Below, piece by piece: positions 26,199-38,621 of a stretch of DNA of 64,000 nucleotides. The position numbers and the translations under genes were made by a program. The notes beneath the pieces were generated by a model. That model did not search any database. It had not been told where the DNA came from and worked only from the letters and a program-made list of their open reading frames with translations. The first letter of the stretch is position 1; each line of letters opens with the position of its first letter. The stretch spans positions 1,116,001 through 1,180,000 of the forward strand of contig BQFW01000004.1 in NCBI GenBank assembly GCA_020891255.1. Direction: 5' to 3'. This stretch comes from Entomortierella parvispora E1425. Lineage: Eukaryota; Fungi; Mortierellomycota.

Positions 26199-27929
26199 AT
26201 TTCCGTCCATTTGTTTTTTTTGTCGTGTGAGATGTCGCAAGCGCTGAAGAAAAAAAATACCAAGTTGCTCTGCACGATCGCACAGGCCCTAGATTCGAAC
26301 GATTTTGAAACGAATGAAAGAGTGGATGAGAAGCCAGTAGTGAAAGTGCGCATCCTGCATGAAGCTGTGTGTCGCACGTTGTTCCAAGCCCAACGAAAAA
26401 CTACATAACACAACGGAATAGGACTGCTTCCAGTAGTGTCCGAGTACAAATAAAGAAGAGGACTCGAACGGGGGCTTGCCCATTTGAACAGTAAGTAGGG
26501 GACTCCGGCGGCTTAGATCTCCGAGAATAAAAGGTGGAAGGGCTCTCTTGCCAATCGTCTTTTCTGGGTTGGCGTTTGGGAGGTCAGTGGGTTTCTTTTG
26601 TTCTTTTATTGTTCCCTATCTTACAGCATGTTATTTCAAGGGTCACTTTTTTATCCTTCTCGAGATGACTTCATGCCGTGTCCACGCTCTGACACGAAAC
26701 TAACAAGAAGCAGCACTTCGCTGTGGTCTCACAGATAGAGATGCAAAGTGTTGTTACTTTCTGACTCGCCTTTTGGATATGGCAGCGATTGTTCAGTGTG
26801 TTAGGCAATGATTGTATTAATATTTTTATTATAGACTGCGGCTATGGCGAAGTTTGCATACAAGCATCTCAACTGAAAACGAAGGTCACTATTCTCCTCT
26901 CACCTCCCCTAATACCTTCACAGCTTTAATAATTGAATAGCTCAGAGTGTCGAGGAGAGTATTGATGGCCTGCGCGATGGCTCAATAGCGAGATTGCTGG
27001 AGTACATAAACTTTTCTTGGATAGCCGTGCTTGTCACACCAATAAAAAAAAATAACAAAAAAAAAGGGGGGGGGGGGGGGCGTTGTGGCCAAGCATTGGA
27101 TCAAAGTGTGAAGACTTCAACGATGGCACACACAGGAGCTGGATTCCTCCACTGGCACCCCCAGCGTTGGGAACACCTCTAGAGCTATAGGAATGGGATA
27201 TCAACTTGTGCTAGAATGGCAGTTAGAAAGAATAAAAAACAAGATTGGGCTGCGAGGGATCGGCCGCAGCAGGATGGTATGTGATTCGGTGATTGGCTTC
27301 CTTTTTTTTTTTGGTGTTGTGGTTGTGGTCGAGGGATAGAGATCAGATTGAGTAACAGAGGTCAAGCGCACGCTTGATATCACTGTCCTCTAAATCTTGG
27401 GTAGATCCTTCGCAATGCGGGCAACTCTGGTCGCTGTGCAGTTCGTTGCGACGTGAAGACAAAAGAAGGCTGTCAATTTGGAATATCAGTAGTCGCACAG
27501 ATCCAACTCAGTGAGATACCAAGGACGTGATTTCTGAAGGTGCTAACCAGATGTTGTCAATTAGGGTGGTTGTTGGCACCTTGTGGTAATAGAGCTAGTT
27601 TGAAAAACAGACAGGAGTTGCTGTCCAAGAATGCGAGTATTATCATAAATCGGCGGTGGTGCATCAGCACATTGTGTTCGATTTCTCATGTCCCTGGCTT
27701 CATTACTCTCATCGTTTACCCTCCACATTCAATCCAGGCGTTATTCCACCTTGAACACCAATTGCAACAGGCCTTCTCTCCATGACGAACACTCAATTCT
27801 TTCCATTCTACACCTCGTCAGAACGACAAGGTGATTTTTTCTGGCTAGAATTGAAGTTTCTATATTTATTGAATCGAGTTTGTGCGACAGACTGATGGTA
27901 ACAACTGCTGTCCATCTCAGTGCTTGAGT

Positions 27930-29150
27930 GGACCTCCTCCTGTTCAGCACTCTTGCTAAAAATCCTGCCAGGACCACCCCTTCTTGGATACAACAATTGG
28001 TCCAGGCACAACCATCTCTAAAATGGTGCCTTTTAAGGTTCAGCCCTCCCTCGCGAACAATCAACGGAGGAAAAAGAGTGGGAGCAACACGACGAGGTTT
28101 TTGCAATGGAAAGCCTCTTCTGCTGCAATCAGGGGACAGAGATGCAACGTGTGCTCACCCACAACAATGGCCATCCGCCAGTCTCCCGCTCCCGTGTATC
28201 ATTGAGCTTTGACAACACACCCTTTTTCTTTATCGGCTTTAAAAGAGTTATAAAATGAGGTGAATTTTCGGTGGCAACTGTTCAAGATATAAACAAATTG
28301 TCGATGAGTGACATGGCACAGCAAAGTTCCTAAATCTGCTTTCGCCCAACAGAGAGGTGGTGGTGGTGGTGGGAGGAGGAGGGGGGATTTGAAATATCGG
28401 TCTTAGTAGCATATGTCGTCCTCTTCTCATAGTGTATCGGAATGAACGAGCGCTCAACCTTCTTGATTCATGTTAAGCTGAAGCTGTTGGATGGGCGAAG
28501 CTCAGGACTCTGTCTTTAACTACAGCTGTTCGCTTTTTGAACTTGGCCTTTCTTTCCTCTTCTTCGATCCAGTGCTTACTCGCCTTTCCATCATCCTCTC
28601 TTCACCTCCATATTGACACAGAGCTGTAAATCAGCCTTAAAGCCTCAACACATGTACGTACTGGAACAGAAATCTTCGCCCTGATTATCCTATCGCCAGA
28701 ATGGCCTTACTCCACATCCAGTCCATTTTGGGGCCTACCCTTCTTCTTTCCTTGTTTTCCGTTACTACCGCTTGGGCCACTTTACTTGCTTGGAATAAAC
28801 TCCAACTCCACGCAGACGCCAGCAGGTCGCAAACAGCCTACATTCCCTGACACCTTTCTTGCTGTGCGTCTCTCCACTACCACTGTGTTGACCAGAAACT
28901 GATGTCAAGGTGTCAACAGATCTGCAAAAATGGAAGTCATGCAGCACTGATGGGTGAGGGACGTTCGCGCTGACCCGAGTTAGAGCAGTCGCACCACAAA
29001 CGCGTGCTCTTCTTTTCATCGCCAGTGTTCTTCCCATCAAATACCCCTCTTTCATTAACTTTTCGGTTATTTTAAGGCCAGAAGGAATAGTATCTCTCTG
29101 CAGGTCGTCAACTCGATGAGAAAAAGATATTTTTCGTTCGATGTTACTCT
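27930..29150 (-). pseudogene. Tentative, highly decayed Fanzor/TnpB-like relic
   Basis: Fragments in changing frames occur in the order expected from the 54-56 kb relic: EGYLMGRT (~29040), KHWIEEEERKAKFKKRTAVVKDRVLSF (~28500-28580), LLGESRFRNFAVPCHSS (~28330), IVVGEH..LCP.DC (28151-28168 onward), HFRDGCAWTN (27996-28019, RuvC-III-like). Each motif is weak on its own. Confidence 0.4.
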
Positions 29151-29682
29151 TGCATGCATCTTGTGCATTTGTCGTAGCACGTATTCTTTTCTCTGTCTTT
29201 TTTTTTTTTTTTTTTTTTTTTTTTACGCGGGGCAATGTCTCAGCTCCACAGTGGTCATGGAGGCCGGCTCCTTGGTTATCAAGTAATTAGCAGGATGGAT
29301 GAGGACGGGGGACTCATGCGCTGTTTCCCTCTCAAATCTCCGTGTCCGCAAAAACTTTTCTTGTTCCTGCACCTTCTGTTGTTGCCTTCCTTTGTGAACC
29401 TCGGTGAGCAGTGCTTGGCAGTTTTGTGCTCGGTTCTTCTTTTTTGATCTCGAAAGGCAAAGTTTTCCTTTTTTTTTTTGGTTGTGTCCAAGGTGTCGCC
29501 CCTGGCTCGCCTCCAACTCATTGACACACCCTGATCAATGTGTGTTTTCAATTGAATCAAAACAAACAACTGATGCGGACCCGTTTCCTCTTTGCTCCTC
29601 TCACTGCAAACAAACCATCTTCAGATTGGCACCTTGTCCCAGATTGACAGAGTCCCTTCTTTTCGGCACTCTGCCTCCAGAA

Positions 29683-32600
29683 ATGCACAGACCCACTTGT
29701 GGAAAGTGCCCCCAATGCACTTCTCATCCGAATCCGGACGACGGCTTGGCTCCTTGTCCGTACCATATCCCTCCTGACTATCATCTGCTCCTCGAGCAGC
29801 ATTTAGCATCGAAACAACAGCACCGGGATAGTGGTTTCAAGGTTAATCCTGTCCAGGAGGTATCTTTGCACCAAGATATCAAACAAGAGTTTGATATCAC
29901 CCTATTTCAGGGTGCAAGTCAAACCTACTATCTGGGGGAGGAGCCCCAGTCGAATAAGATCGACAGAGGCTGCATCAGCAGCTCTAAAAGCCTATCTTCC
30001 AGCTATGGTTCAAACAAAAGCAGAACCAATATCGCTACCAATGAAGGTAACCCATTTCTCTCTTCCTCGCTTTTGTCATCCGTTTTGGACGACAAAGCTC
30101 CCTTGCCACCGGCTCTGTTGGTGTCGCCTCCTTTACAAGGCCATGGCCCATCCTTTGCTCTTCCTGCTGAAAGCCAACAATCTCAAACCCAGTGGCACCA
30201 AGACATTCAATTGCCGCTTCAGCAGCAGGCTTTTGACCATCTTCCCCACTCGTATCCCAACCCTTGTCAGCCTTTCCCCACTCAAGATCACTCACAACTG
30301 CACTGGTCTCAAGCTCCTGACCAAATCATGGCACCTCCACTGCATCATTCTGGCGAAGGTAATGGTAAACAACCAACCCTCGCCGTAGATGGCTTGCCAT
30401 CGTATCAGGAGAAATATCCGTATGATCAAGTCCACTGCTTCTTCGAGCGACCAGCGTCCATGGCCCTGAGAGCTGGCGATGAGCCCAGTCATGAGCCTTT
30501 TCCTGGAGTGGCTACTCTAATAAGTTCGCCACTGCCCGCTCCACCGTGTTCGGACGAGGGAGTTCATCATCCCTCAAACCCCCCTTCCGTGTCTACCGGG
30601 TCCTTTTGTTATTTCACTATGCCTGTGGCTCCTGCTGCTTCAGAAACGAACACAGAAGGCGTGTGCACCCCTTGCACCCCCTTTGGTATGCTCACTCTTT
30701 CAGCTGGAGGGAGTGAGAATCTCCAAGGGCTCGAGCGGACAGAAGCTGACAGGCTCCCTGTGAACCGCCACTACAGTTTTCAAGGCGGAAGCAATGATCA
30801 CCAGTTTCTGGTCAGACCCATACCGCATCGACTTTCAGCACCAGCGCTGACACAAGTTCCTAACTATATCCAGCAGCCTCAGCAGCCTCAGCAGCCTTTG
30901 TATCCAGAGAACAGCCAGAATATTCACTACGAGGCACCAAGTTGCCAACAGCCAGAACTACCGCAGTCGACGTCTTGTAATTGTGTGTATTCACCATTCA
31001 GTGTCCTCGATGGCACCGTTGCCCATGGCGACATGATCCAAGGTAACAAATCAAGAATGATTTATAAAGACATTTCTAGAAAATACTCAGTGTAGCCTCC
31101 CTAACCCTCTTGACTACTGGCTACCACTGGGCTTTGATAGGAATGCACGTCGCTTTTGAACAATCCGAAGGTCAGTCCTTTACCGCCTATCGTCCTGTGA
31201 GTGCTCTGGCAGCATTTCCTACTGAACCAGCAGTCGCTAGTCCAGCCGTGGATTACACCTCGTTCCATCATGATATCCAGCCTGGTATCATTGTAGACGA
31301 AGACTCACCCAGTTACCCACGCAAGCGACGATCTCCAAGCTCGCAGCCTATATCATTGCCGTCGCGTCGAAGCTCCTCCGTCTCGCCTCTTCCAACTTCA
31401 CTGATAGAATCTACTGGGATGTTGCCTGGATTAGCACATTCTGAGTCAACCACGTCGACCGTCGCCTCTGCAAGAGATTTTTTTTCCCCACTGTCATTAG
31501 GGAGAATGTCAGGCATATCTTCATTTCCATCGAAGACTCCACTTTCGTTGATGCAGCCGCTACAACAGTGGCAGCAGATACAGCAGATGCCTCGTGCGGT
31601 CTCCTTGACTCCTACTGGTGTCTCCAGAGCCAATGGTTCGCAGAGAGGATTAGTACGCATGCACTCAAGCCCTGATCTGCAACTTCAACATCACCGGCCA
31701 ATGGGTACATTCTCTCATAGCCTATGCACGTACTTGGATAGTGCACACCAGTCATCTTCTTCGACTGCCTCGACTATCACCTTCTTGTCAGCGCCTGTCA
31801 GTCTTCCTTCTTACACCATTTCTCATGCCAAGGTCTTCCCTGCGAGCTTTCCTGTCATCTCATTGCCTCATCAGGTGCCTGAACTGGGTTCTGAGCTTCA
31901 AAGAGATCCTTTGCTGCCCGCATCTCAACTACCCTCGCAGTCTCCATCTGGAAGCTCAGCCAGGAGTATGGCAGCCGGTCGCGGTGCTGATAAGAGGCAT
32001 CTAAAGTCGTCTGGATCCAAGAGCGATGGCGATACAGATCCGTCGATCCCACTGCTAGCTCGGAAGAAGCAGAAGCAAAAACAGCCACTTCCGTTGCTAG
32101 CACGAATGAAAAAGCCCTGCAACTCGTACATGTGGTACCGAAAGGAAACCTACAAGAAGAACCAATCCGAGTTCAACGCCAAGAAATTCCCAGGCTCTGC
32201 GATCTCCAAGGAGATCGCTAGGGCTTGGAAAAGAGAACCGGAATCTGTCAAGAGAGTTTTTGAAGCCAAGGCCGAGATGGAAAAATATAGAATCATGCAA
32301 GCCCTCCCGAGCTATGAGTTCAAGTCTTTGCAAGCAGGATGTAAGTCCTCTCGGCCTAGAAAAAAAGCCACCGCAGGACTACCGCTGATAATGGATATGC
32401 CTATGACACTTCCTGATGCCTCGTCGACTTCCACCGTGTGTGAAGATGTGGTCAATGGCCCAGATTCTATCGCGACTTGCAGCAGCGGGGATCGGCAGAA
32501 GAAAGCCGGTCAGCCAGACATCTATATCATTGATGACGATCGAACTGAAAGCAACGAAAACGGCAGTGGTGGTAGCAACAACCAGATTGCTGCAGATCAA

Positions 32601-32957
32601 GGTGCAGCCAACACTGCGACGAGATCTCGTGTGATTAACGTTGACCACCCTCCCGAAAGGCAAGAGAGTCAACCTCAGCAAGGGAACACCGCCATGACTA
32701 CATTCCTTTCCCCACCAATTGTCTCCACCGTTCATCAGCAGCAACGCCATCAGCAGCTCGCGCAGTTTCAAGTGCAGCACCAACAGCAGCTACAGCTTCA
32801 AAACGGGTATCCCGGTTACCGACTGTACGCACTTGAGGGACCTGATCATAACCATGACAAGGGAAATGTCAGGAACGAGCCTGTGGGTAATGACAATCAA
32901 GGTTCCAGCCCTTCAAGCGCCACCGATCCGGCTGGCAGACGCAAAAGGAAGAACTGA
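29683..32957 (+). CDS. Large (~1058 aa) HMG-box transcription factor, MATA_HMG/SOX-TCF-type box
   Basis: ORFs 29404-31095 and 31110-32957 join in frame across a 98-nt GT-AG intron (31043-31140, CTAAC branch point). HMG box: MKKPCNSYMWYRK...ISKEIARAWKREPESVKRVFEAKAEMEK...LPSYEFK. The remainder is low complexity. Confidence 0.85.
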
Positions 32958-34206
32958 TAGATAGATCGGCTCTCCCAAGTAACAGTACTGAGCCATATTC
33001 TGACGTGCAAGCCGACTACCCGGTCGTCTGCAACGTGAATTCCCTTTATGTTTTCTCTACATACCAATATCTCGGCGCCGCAAACTGCGAGCGCCACACA
33101 AATGACCAGAGCAACTTGACAATGAATAAAACAATAGTGCCCACTAGTTTTTTTTCAGTCGCGTCATTTCTAGCCGCGCTATTATCTCCAGATGTTTTTT
33201 TTCCCACCCATTACCCTTGGCCAGTGTTTCTCAACCGCAATCTACTCATACACAAGAAAGGGCGAACGAAGTCGATGGTGGCAACAAGGGCGGCCAATGG
33301 GCTAAAGAGAACCGAGAGCTCTGAGCTCGGGTAAGGGTCCGAGGGGGGGGGGGGTTACACAAAACTACTAAGGCAAAAGGCTTCATGTCCACCCCTTCTG
33401 GTCTTGACAACTACGTGTGTTGGTGACAACAGGGGTGAGGATAGCACGGCTTGCATTGATATCAATATACCTGGACAACTTCCATTGCTGCCGTGTCTCC
33501 GCAGTTCCCATTAGAAGCAGACTATGTTGGCAACCTCTCACTCGCTTTTTTGCACCCAACAACCTTGTTTCCCTTGGAGTCGTTGCTTTCTACATCAAGG
33601 GTGACAACACCAACCTCAATTTCTTTAGCGAATAAAATGGACTCATTTTCCGCAGAAGTCACCAAGCAGAGTTGGGTGGCGGGTGGACAAACTTGAGCAA
33701 ATGGGTCTCTTCGGTCCAATTGCTCATGAAAATTAGAACAGAAAGGCTCTTGGGACGAGGGCAAGCACTTGAGTTGGACACCAGGTGCACAAACAGCAGC
33801 AGGGCAACTTTGCCAACGGCAACAAGAGCCGAGTGCAGTGCCAATAGAATCGAAAGAAGAGATAAATAATCGCTCTTCTTCTCCCCCCCTTTTTAGCACT
33901 GAGAACCTGCTCGACCACTAACAAAGAACAGAATGAGTAGAAAGGCACAAGTGCGGCAAACACACAAACTGAAGAAGGCAACAGACCAACCAGTGGGCAA
34001 ATTCTTGAGAGCCAACACACACGATGATGGTCGTCAAGCTGCTGACTCTCTCGTCCTCCCCTTCCAGAGTTGGATTCATTACCGTTGCAGCAGACGCACA
34101 ATCGACTTTATAAACTTGCGCTTCCTGACTTTTTTCGCTCCTTTCGTCGATAGAACCTCAGTCCTCTCTCTCCTCCTAATACCCTTCCCCTCTCATTCCT
34201 ATTTCC

Positions 34207-35952
34207 ATGTCCATCCTTCGCTTGACGGTCGCTCTTGCGGCTGCTGCCCTCGTGACTCCCCTGTCAACGGTCGCGGCTAAAGGCCATGTCGCTCCTTCAG
34301 ACAAATACCGCATTGATACCAGTAAACTCCCTCATATCGACCATGCATTGAAGGCTCTTCCTCAGTGGTCTGGGCAAATGCCCGTCGGTACCAACAACAC
34401 TTTGTTCTTCTGGTACACCCAAGCTGCCAACGTGAAGTCTGACAACTTGATCTTCTGGCATAACGGTGGTCCCGGATGCTCCTCTCTCGAGGGTCTTTTC
34501 GAGGAGAACGGTCCCTACCACACCAGCGATAACGGTCGCAGCTGGTACATGAACCCCCACTCGTGGCACAACTTGGGACATGTTGTCTACATCGACCAGC
34601 CCTTTGGAACTGGCTTCTCGTTGAACCAGACCACAGTCCCCACCGAGGATTTCATTGGTGATACCATGGTCCAATTCTACAAGAACTTCTTCAAGGCCTT
34701 CCCTGGGATGCAGTCTAAGAACATGTATATCACTGGAGAGAGTTACTCTGGTCGCTATGTCCCCTACATGGCTAAGCATGTCTTGTCGCACAACAAGGCT
34801 GTCAAGCACTCCAAGGACAAGATCAACTTGAAGGCAATTGCCATCGGTGATGCCTACATTGACACCTCCGTCCGCAACGACTTTATTGATTTATTCCCTT
34901 ACCTCCAGGAGCACCCCTGGATGGCAGGAAACAACAAGACTTGGTTTGTAAGTAGCACATCATCACCACTTAGGCATTTCGACTACATTTTTTTCTTCGT
35001 CGAGAATGTGGCATTTACAAGACAAATTCTCTGGATAATAAAAAAAAAATAGGCTGAAGCTGAGAAGCTTGTTGCTAAGGCTGCCAAGTTGCCAGGCTGC
35101 GGTGGCGCAACGTCCGAGAAGGATATTACCAAGGAGTGTATCGATTTGGAGAACAAGTTCTACAACGACATGTCCAACCCTGTCAATTTCCCTCTCTCCA
35201 TTAAGTAGGTGTCAAACACATGAAATATGTCTCTGCTTATATGGTAACGTCTGAATGACCCTCCCTCTAAACGAGTGATCCCTTTTACATGATCTTTAGC
35301 TGCACAAGCCAGAATCAACCTTTGTTCTACGACCCTTACAACATCGCCATCACTGACTGCCATGAGGCCAAGGGCGACGACAACCTTGTTCAGCTGCCTT
35401 GGGAATACTACCTCAACGTAAGCGAAATAACGATGGCTATAAACCTTTGTCCGTCGTTCCCCATTGACACTATCCATGGACTCACACGAATGTTTATTTC
35501 TCTTGTCTCTTCAGCTCCCTGGCATCCAGGACACCATTCACGTTGGCGCCCATACTAAGTATGTTGACTGTGGTGGCAACGGCAAGGGTATCTACCGCAA
35601 CGACCCTTCAACAGTCCCTAAGTACTTCATCGGAGACTTGATCGATCAAGGACTCAAGGTTACCCTGTACACCGGACTCTTGGATTCCGTTGTTCCCCAC
35701 ACCTTGACCGAGGCTGCTCTTCGTGTCATGAAGTGGAAGGGTCACAGGGGTTTCCAGCACACTAAGATGACCCCTGCTACCATGACCCCTATCAAGGTCC
35801 CCGGCAACAAGGAGAAGAACATTGGCACATACCATTCGGAGCGTGGCATGAACTATGTTGTCTTCAACAACGCTGGTCACATGGTTCCTCGCGATGAGCC
35901 AGTTGGTGCCTACTGGATGATGGAGAAGATTGTCCTATTCAGGAACGACTGA
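34207..35952 (+). CDS. Secreted serine carboxypeptidase (peptidase S10), multi-exon
   Basis: Signal peptide; WHNGGPGCSSLEGLFEENGP, YIDQPFGTGFS, catalytic GESYSGRYVP, LYTGLLDSVV and AGHMVPRDEP. Confidence 0.95.
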
Positions 35953-36042
35953 CGTTCTGTCACCAAAACACAGTCCGTGGTTAGTTTCCATGTTTACAAT
36001 TTCAGTAATTTGGATTCAAAATTTAGAATAAAGCTATTCAAC

Positions 36043-37780
36043 TTACCGCCCTGTGGAGCAGGCTACAGACACAGGGTGTGTGTCTCGCGGCCGAGTAGTG
36101 TAGCCGTTCTGGTAGGCAGCACATGCCGTGTTGAAACAGACTTTGGATCCGTTCACAGTTACTGAGTCGATGGTCCTGCCCTTTTGAACGCACCGAGTGG
36201 GCTTTCTCCAAGCAGAAGCAGCATCGCTGCGTTGACAAGTACTCATCCGTTACTACAACAGTCCCGACCTAACGATGTTGCTTCCTGATGTTCTTGCCAC
36301 CTAGGCGATAGTGGCCACCAACCCTGGATCCAACACCAGTGCTAGCGGCACCCATGAATATCACATGGCGGACGACTGGGGTTGTCTAACACAATGCGTA
36401 GGAAGCTTGTATGGAGCAGCGATGTTGGACTTGGATATTTCGATGCGACGACAGTTGGAGCAATAGCCAGAAGCTGTGGGGTATGCTGACGAATGTCCTA
36501 TCTTCAGCATCTCTCCAGCGGCGAGGGACATAGGGTCGCAGAAAATTAATGATCTTCTGTGCGACAAAGAGTTCCCGGTCTGTAAAGGAGGCTCCCTTGT
36601 ATAACGAGTCCCTGATGTGATCCATACTGAACGTTGGTGTCAGTAATGGAGACTCGAGCAAAGTCCAAATGACGGTCTGCAGACGCGGAAGGGCCTTTCG
36701 ACTCGGTTCCTTCTCCCTGACGTCAGTCTTGAGGGTAATTGGACTACTCTGACTTGATTCATCTACATCCATGACCCACTCCGTTTCGAGTTCGTCCGCG
36801 AAGGCTTGACTCTCAAGGAGGCACATATCGAGATCATCGCAGGAAAAAACCTCCTCTAAGAACACGTCCTCCATATTCTCATCATCCACCAGGTCAACAT
36901 CCGACTCCAAAAGTCCAGCCTCAGAGATCCTCTAAAATGATTAAACGTCTTTTGTGAAATCTTCACCAGCACAAGCTTGAGTATCGGTAGTATCAGTCTT
37001 ACCAAGATATTTCCAAAAAATCTAGTAGCTCAGTTTTCCTAGTGCTGTCGGCATTACTCCTTTTGATACGTGGTCTTTTGTTGGCCCGGAAAGTAGCATG
37101 TTTGTGGAGACATTTCTTCGATTGGTTGCGGTAAGGCCAATTCGTTCGCTGGAGCAACAGCTAGTTCCTCCAACTTGTCCATAGGGGCGAGGGCCAAAAA
37201 TTCGGCAAATTTGAGGTACGAATCCACTCTGTGAGAGATTCCACAGATTGAATGTGGAGACAATGCCTCTGTCTGGGAGAGAATGTCCTCGGTGCGCCTC
37301 GGCAGGAAAATAAAAAGATTTTGCAGTTGAGTCTGTCTGCCAGGTAGACAAGCAAGAGTTGCGCTCTTGTGGGGACGATCATAGTCGAGTTGTTGCTGTT
37401 GTTTGTAAGGTGTAAGTCGAACTGCCCTCCTGGCCTCAGAAAATGTTGGATTATGAAGTGGGCTAAGGAGTTGTCTAGGTCTTCAGGATTGACATCAACA
37501 CGGTGTCCGCAGCTTCGAAGAGCCAGCAAAGCTTTCTCAGTCTGTTCTCTACAAGACTGTAGTCTGGACTCCTTGGTGGCATTTTCCAGACGAAGTATAA
37601 AGTCGGATGACGGCAGAGACCTGGAAGACTGGTGACTTTTGAGTACGATGGCGCGCGACAATGTTGAATGAGAATGTCATTGCGCTGGAGTAAATGGTTG
37701 CTGATTTGGACAAGGTTCGGGCTGAGCGAGACGTTTGTTGCTTCAGAACATGCGGACATTTGAAGCGCAGGAGAGTCACT
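36043..37780 (-). pseudogene. Decayed, internally deleted Fanzor1 relic (same subfamily as the 59.6-64 kb gene)
   Basis: KEPSRKALPRLQTV...QKIINFLRPYVPRR matches LEPTGKHLRGLEAV...QIVNQLRPYAPKR of the 59.6-64 kb gene. Then SGYCSNC, VIFMGAASTGVGSRVGGHYRLGG, an in-frame TAG (36269-36271), TDEYLSTQRCCFC (RuvC-II, E at 36242-36244) and VNGSKVCFNTAC...TRPRD (RuvC-III, D at 36082-36084). Several frameshifts; the RuvC-I region is absent. Confidence 0.85.
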
Positions 37781-38333
37781 GTTTCTCCTGAATGAAAATG
37801 AGAGAATGGTCTAATGGAGCCCAGGGCGCGTTTTCTCGTGGTTTTGGCTGACGCCTAAGCCACCAGACGAAAAAGAAGCTTTCGTCTCTGCTGGTTTTTT
37901 CGTAGTGAATCTCGAGGGTATGAAGCGTTTGGAGCTTCAAGACCGCTCTTACAAAAAGACATTAGATTTTCAAACTTCTCTTGTCGGGACTAGATGACTT
38001 GCACCATAGAACCAATAATGTCAGATCGCGTCCACCCCTTACATGCTGCTGTCAGACGTGGGAAAAATTGCAAACTTCAAAACTGTCTCAGGTACATTCG
38101 ATTGAACGTTGGGTTTCCTCGGGAGAGCCCTCATCCATATTGTCTGTCGCACTGCATTCTCCCCCACTCCCTGACTCGCTCACTCACTCACCTGTCATCA
38201 CAGTCTGCTTTTTTGTGGTTTCAAAAGGTATTTATTTACAAGACTCTAAGAGTCCTTCATGTATGTTTTCTGGAGGGAAAGGACCGGATCGGGAAGAGGT
38301 CCGAGGAATGGGATATGGGAAGGAGCAAAGTGC

Positions 38334-38621
38334 TTATTCGTATCTCTCCTCGTAGATGCGCTCGGCGTTCTTCTTGGCCTGGTGCTTGGCCTTCTCGCGG
38401 TCAAGGAAGTCCAAACCCTTGGTCTCAATGAGCTTGTCAGCCTCGGCACCGGCAAAGGCAGCAAAGAGCTCCTTGGTGAGCTTGTGCTTGTCGTTGGTTC
38501 CGTTCTCGTGGGCCTTCATGGCCTCGAAGGCAGCGGCACCGGCAATGAGCTCGTGGGACCAGCTGGACTTGTGGGACTTCTCGCCGTAGACCTCGTCGTG
38601 GTGCTCATCGAAACCGAACAT
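38334..38621 (-). CDS. cipC: CipC-like small protein (DUF3759)
   Basis: 95-aa intronless ORF with SWSHELIAGAAAFEAMKAHE, KELFAAFAGAEADKLIETKGLDFLDREKAK. Confidence 0.92.
   Translation of the reverse strand: MFGFDEHHDEVYGEKSHKSSWSHELIAGAAAFEAMKAHENGTNDKHKLTKELFAAFAGAEADKLIETKGLDFLDREKAKHQAKKNAERIYEERYE

Noticed and set aside
29683-32957. Calling the HMG gene the sex (sexM/sexP) locus
   Set aside because: No tptA, rnhA, glrA or algA neighbour is present in the window, and the protein is much longer than SexM/P. Kept only as a low-level lead.
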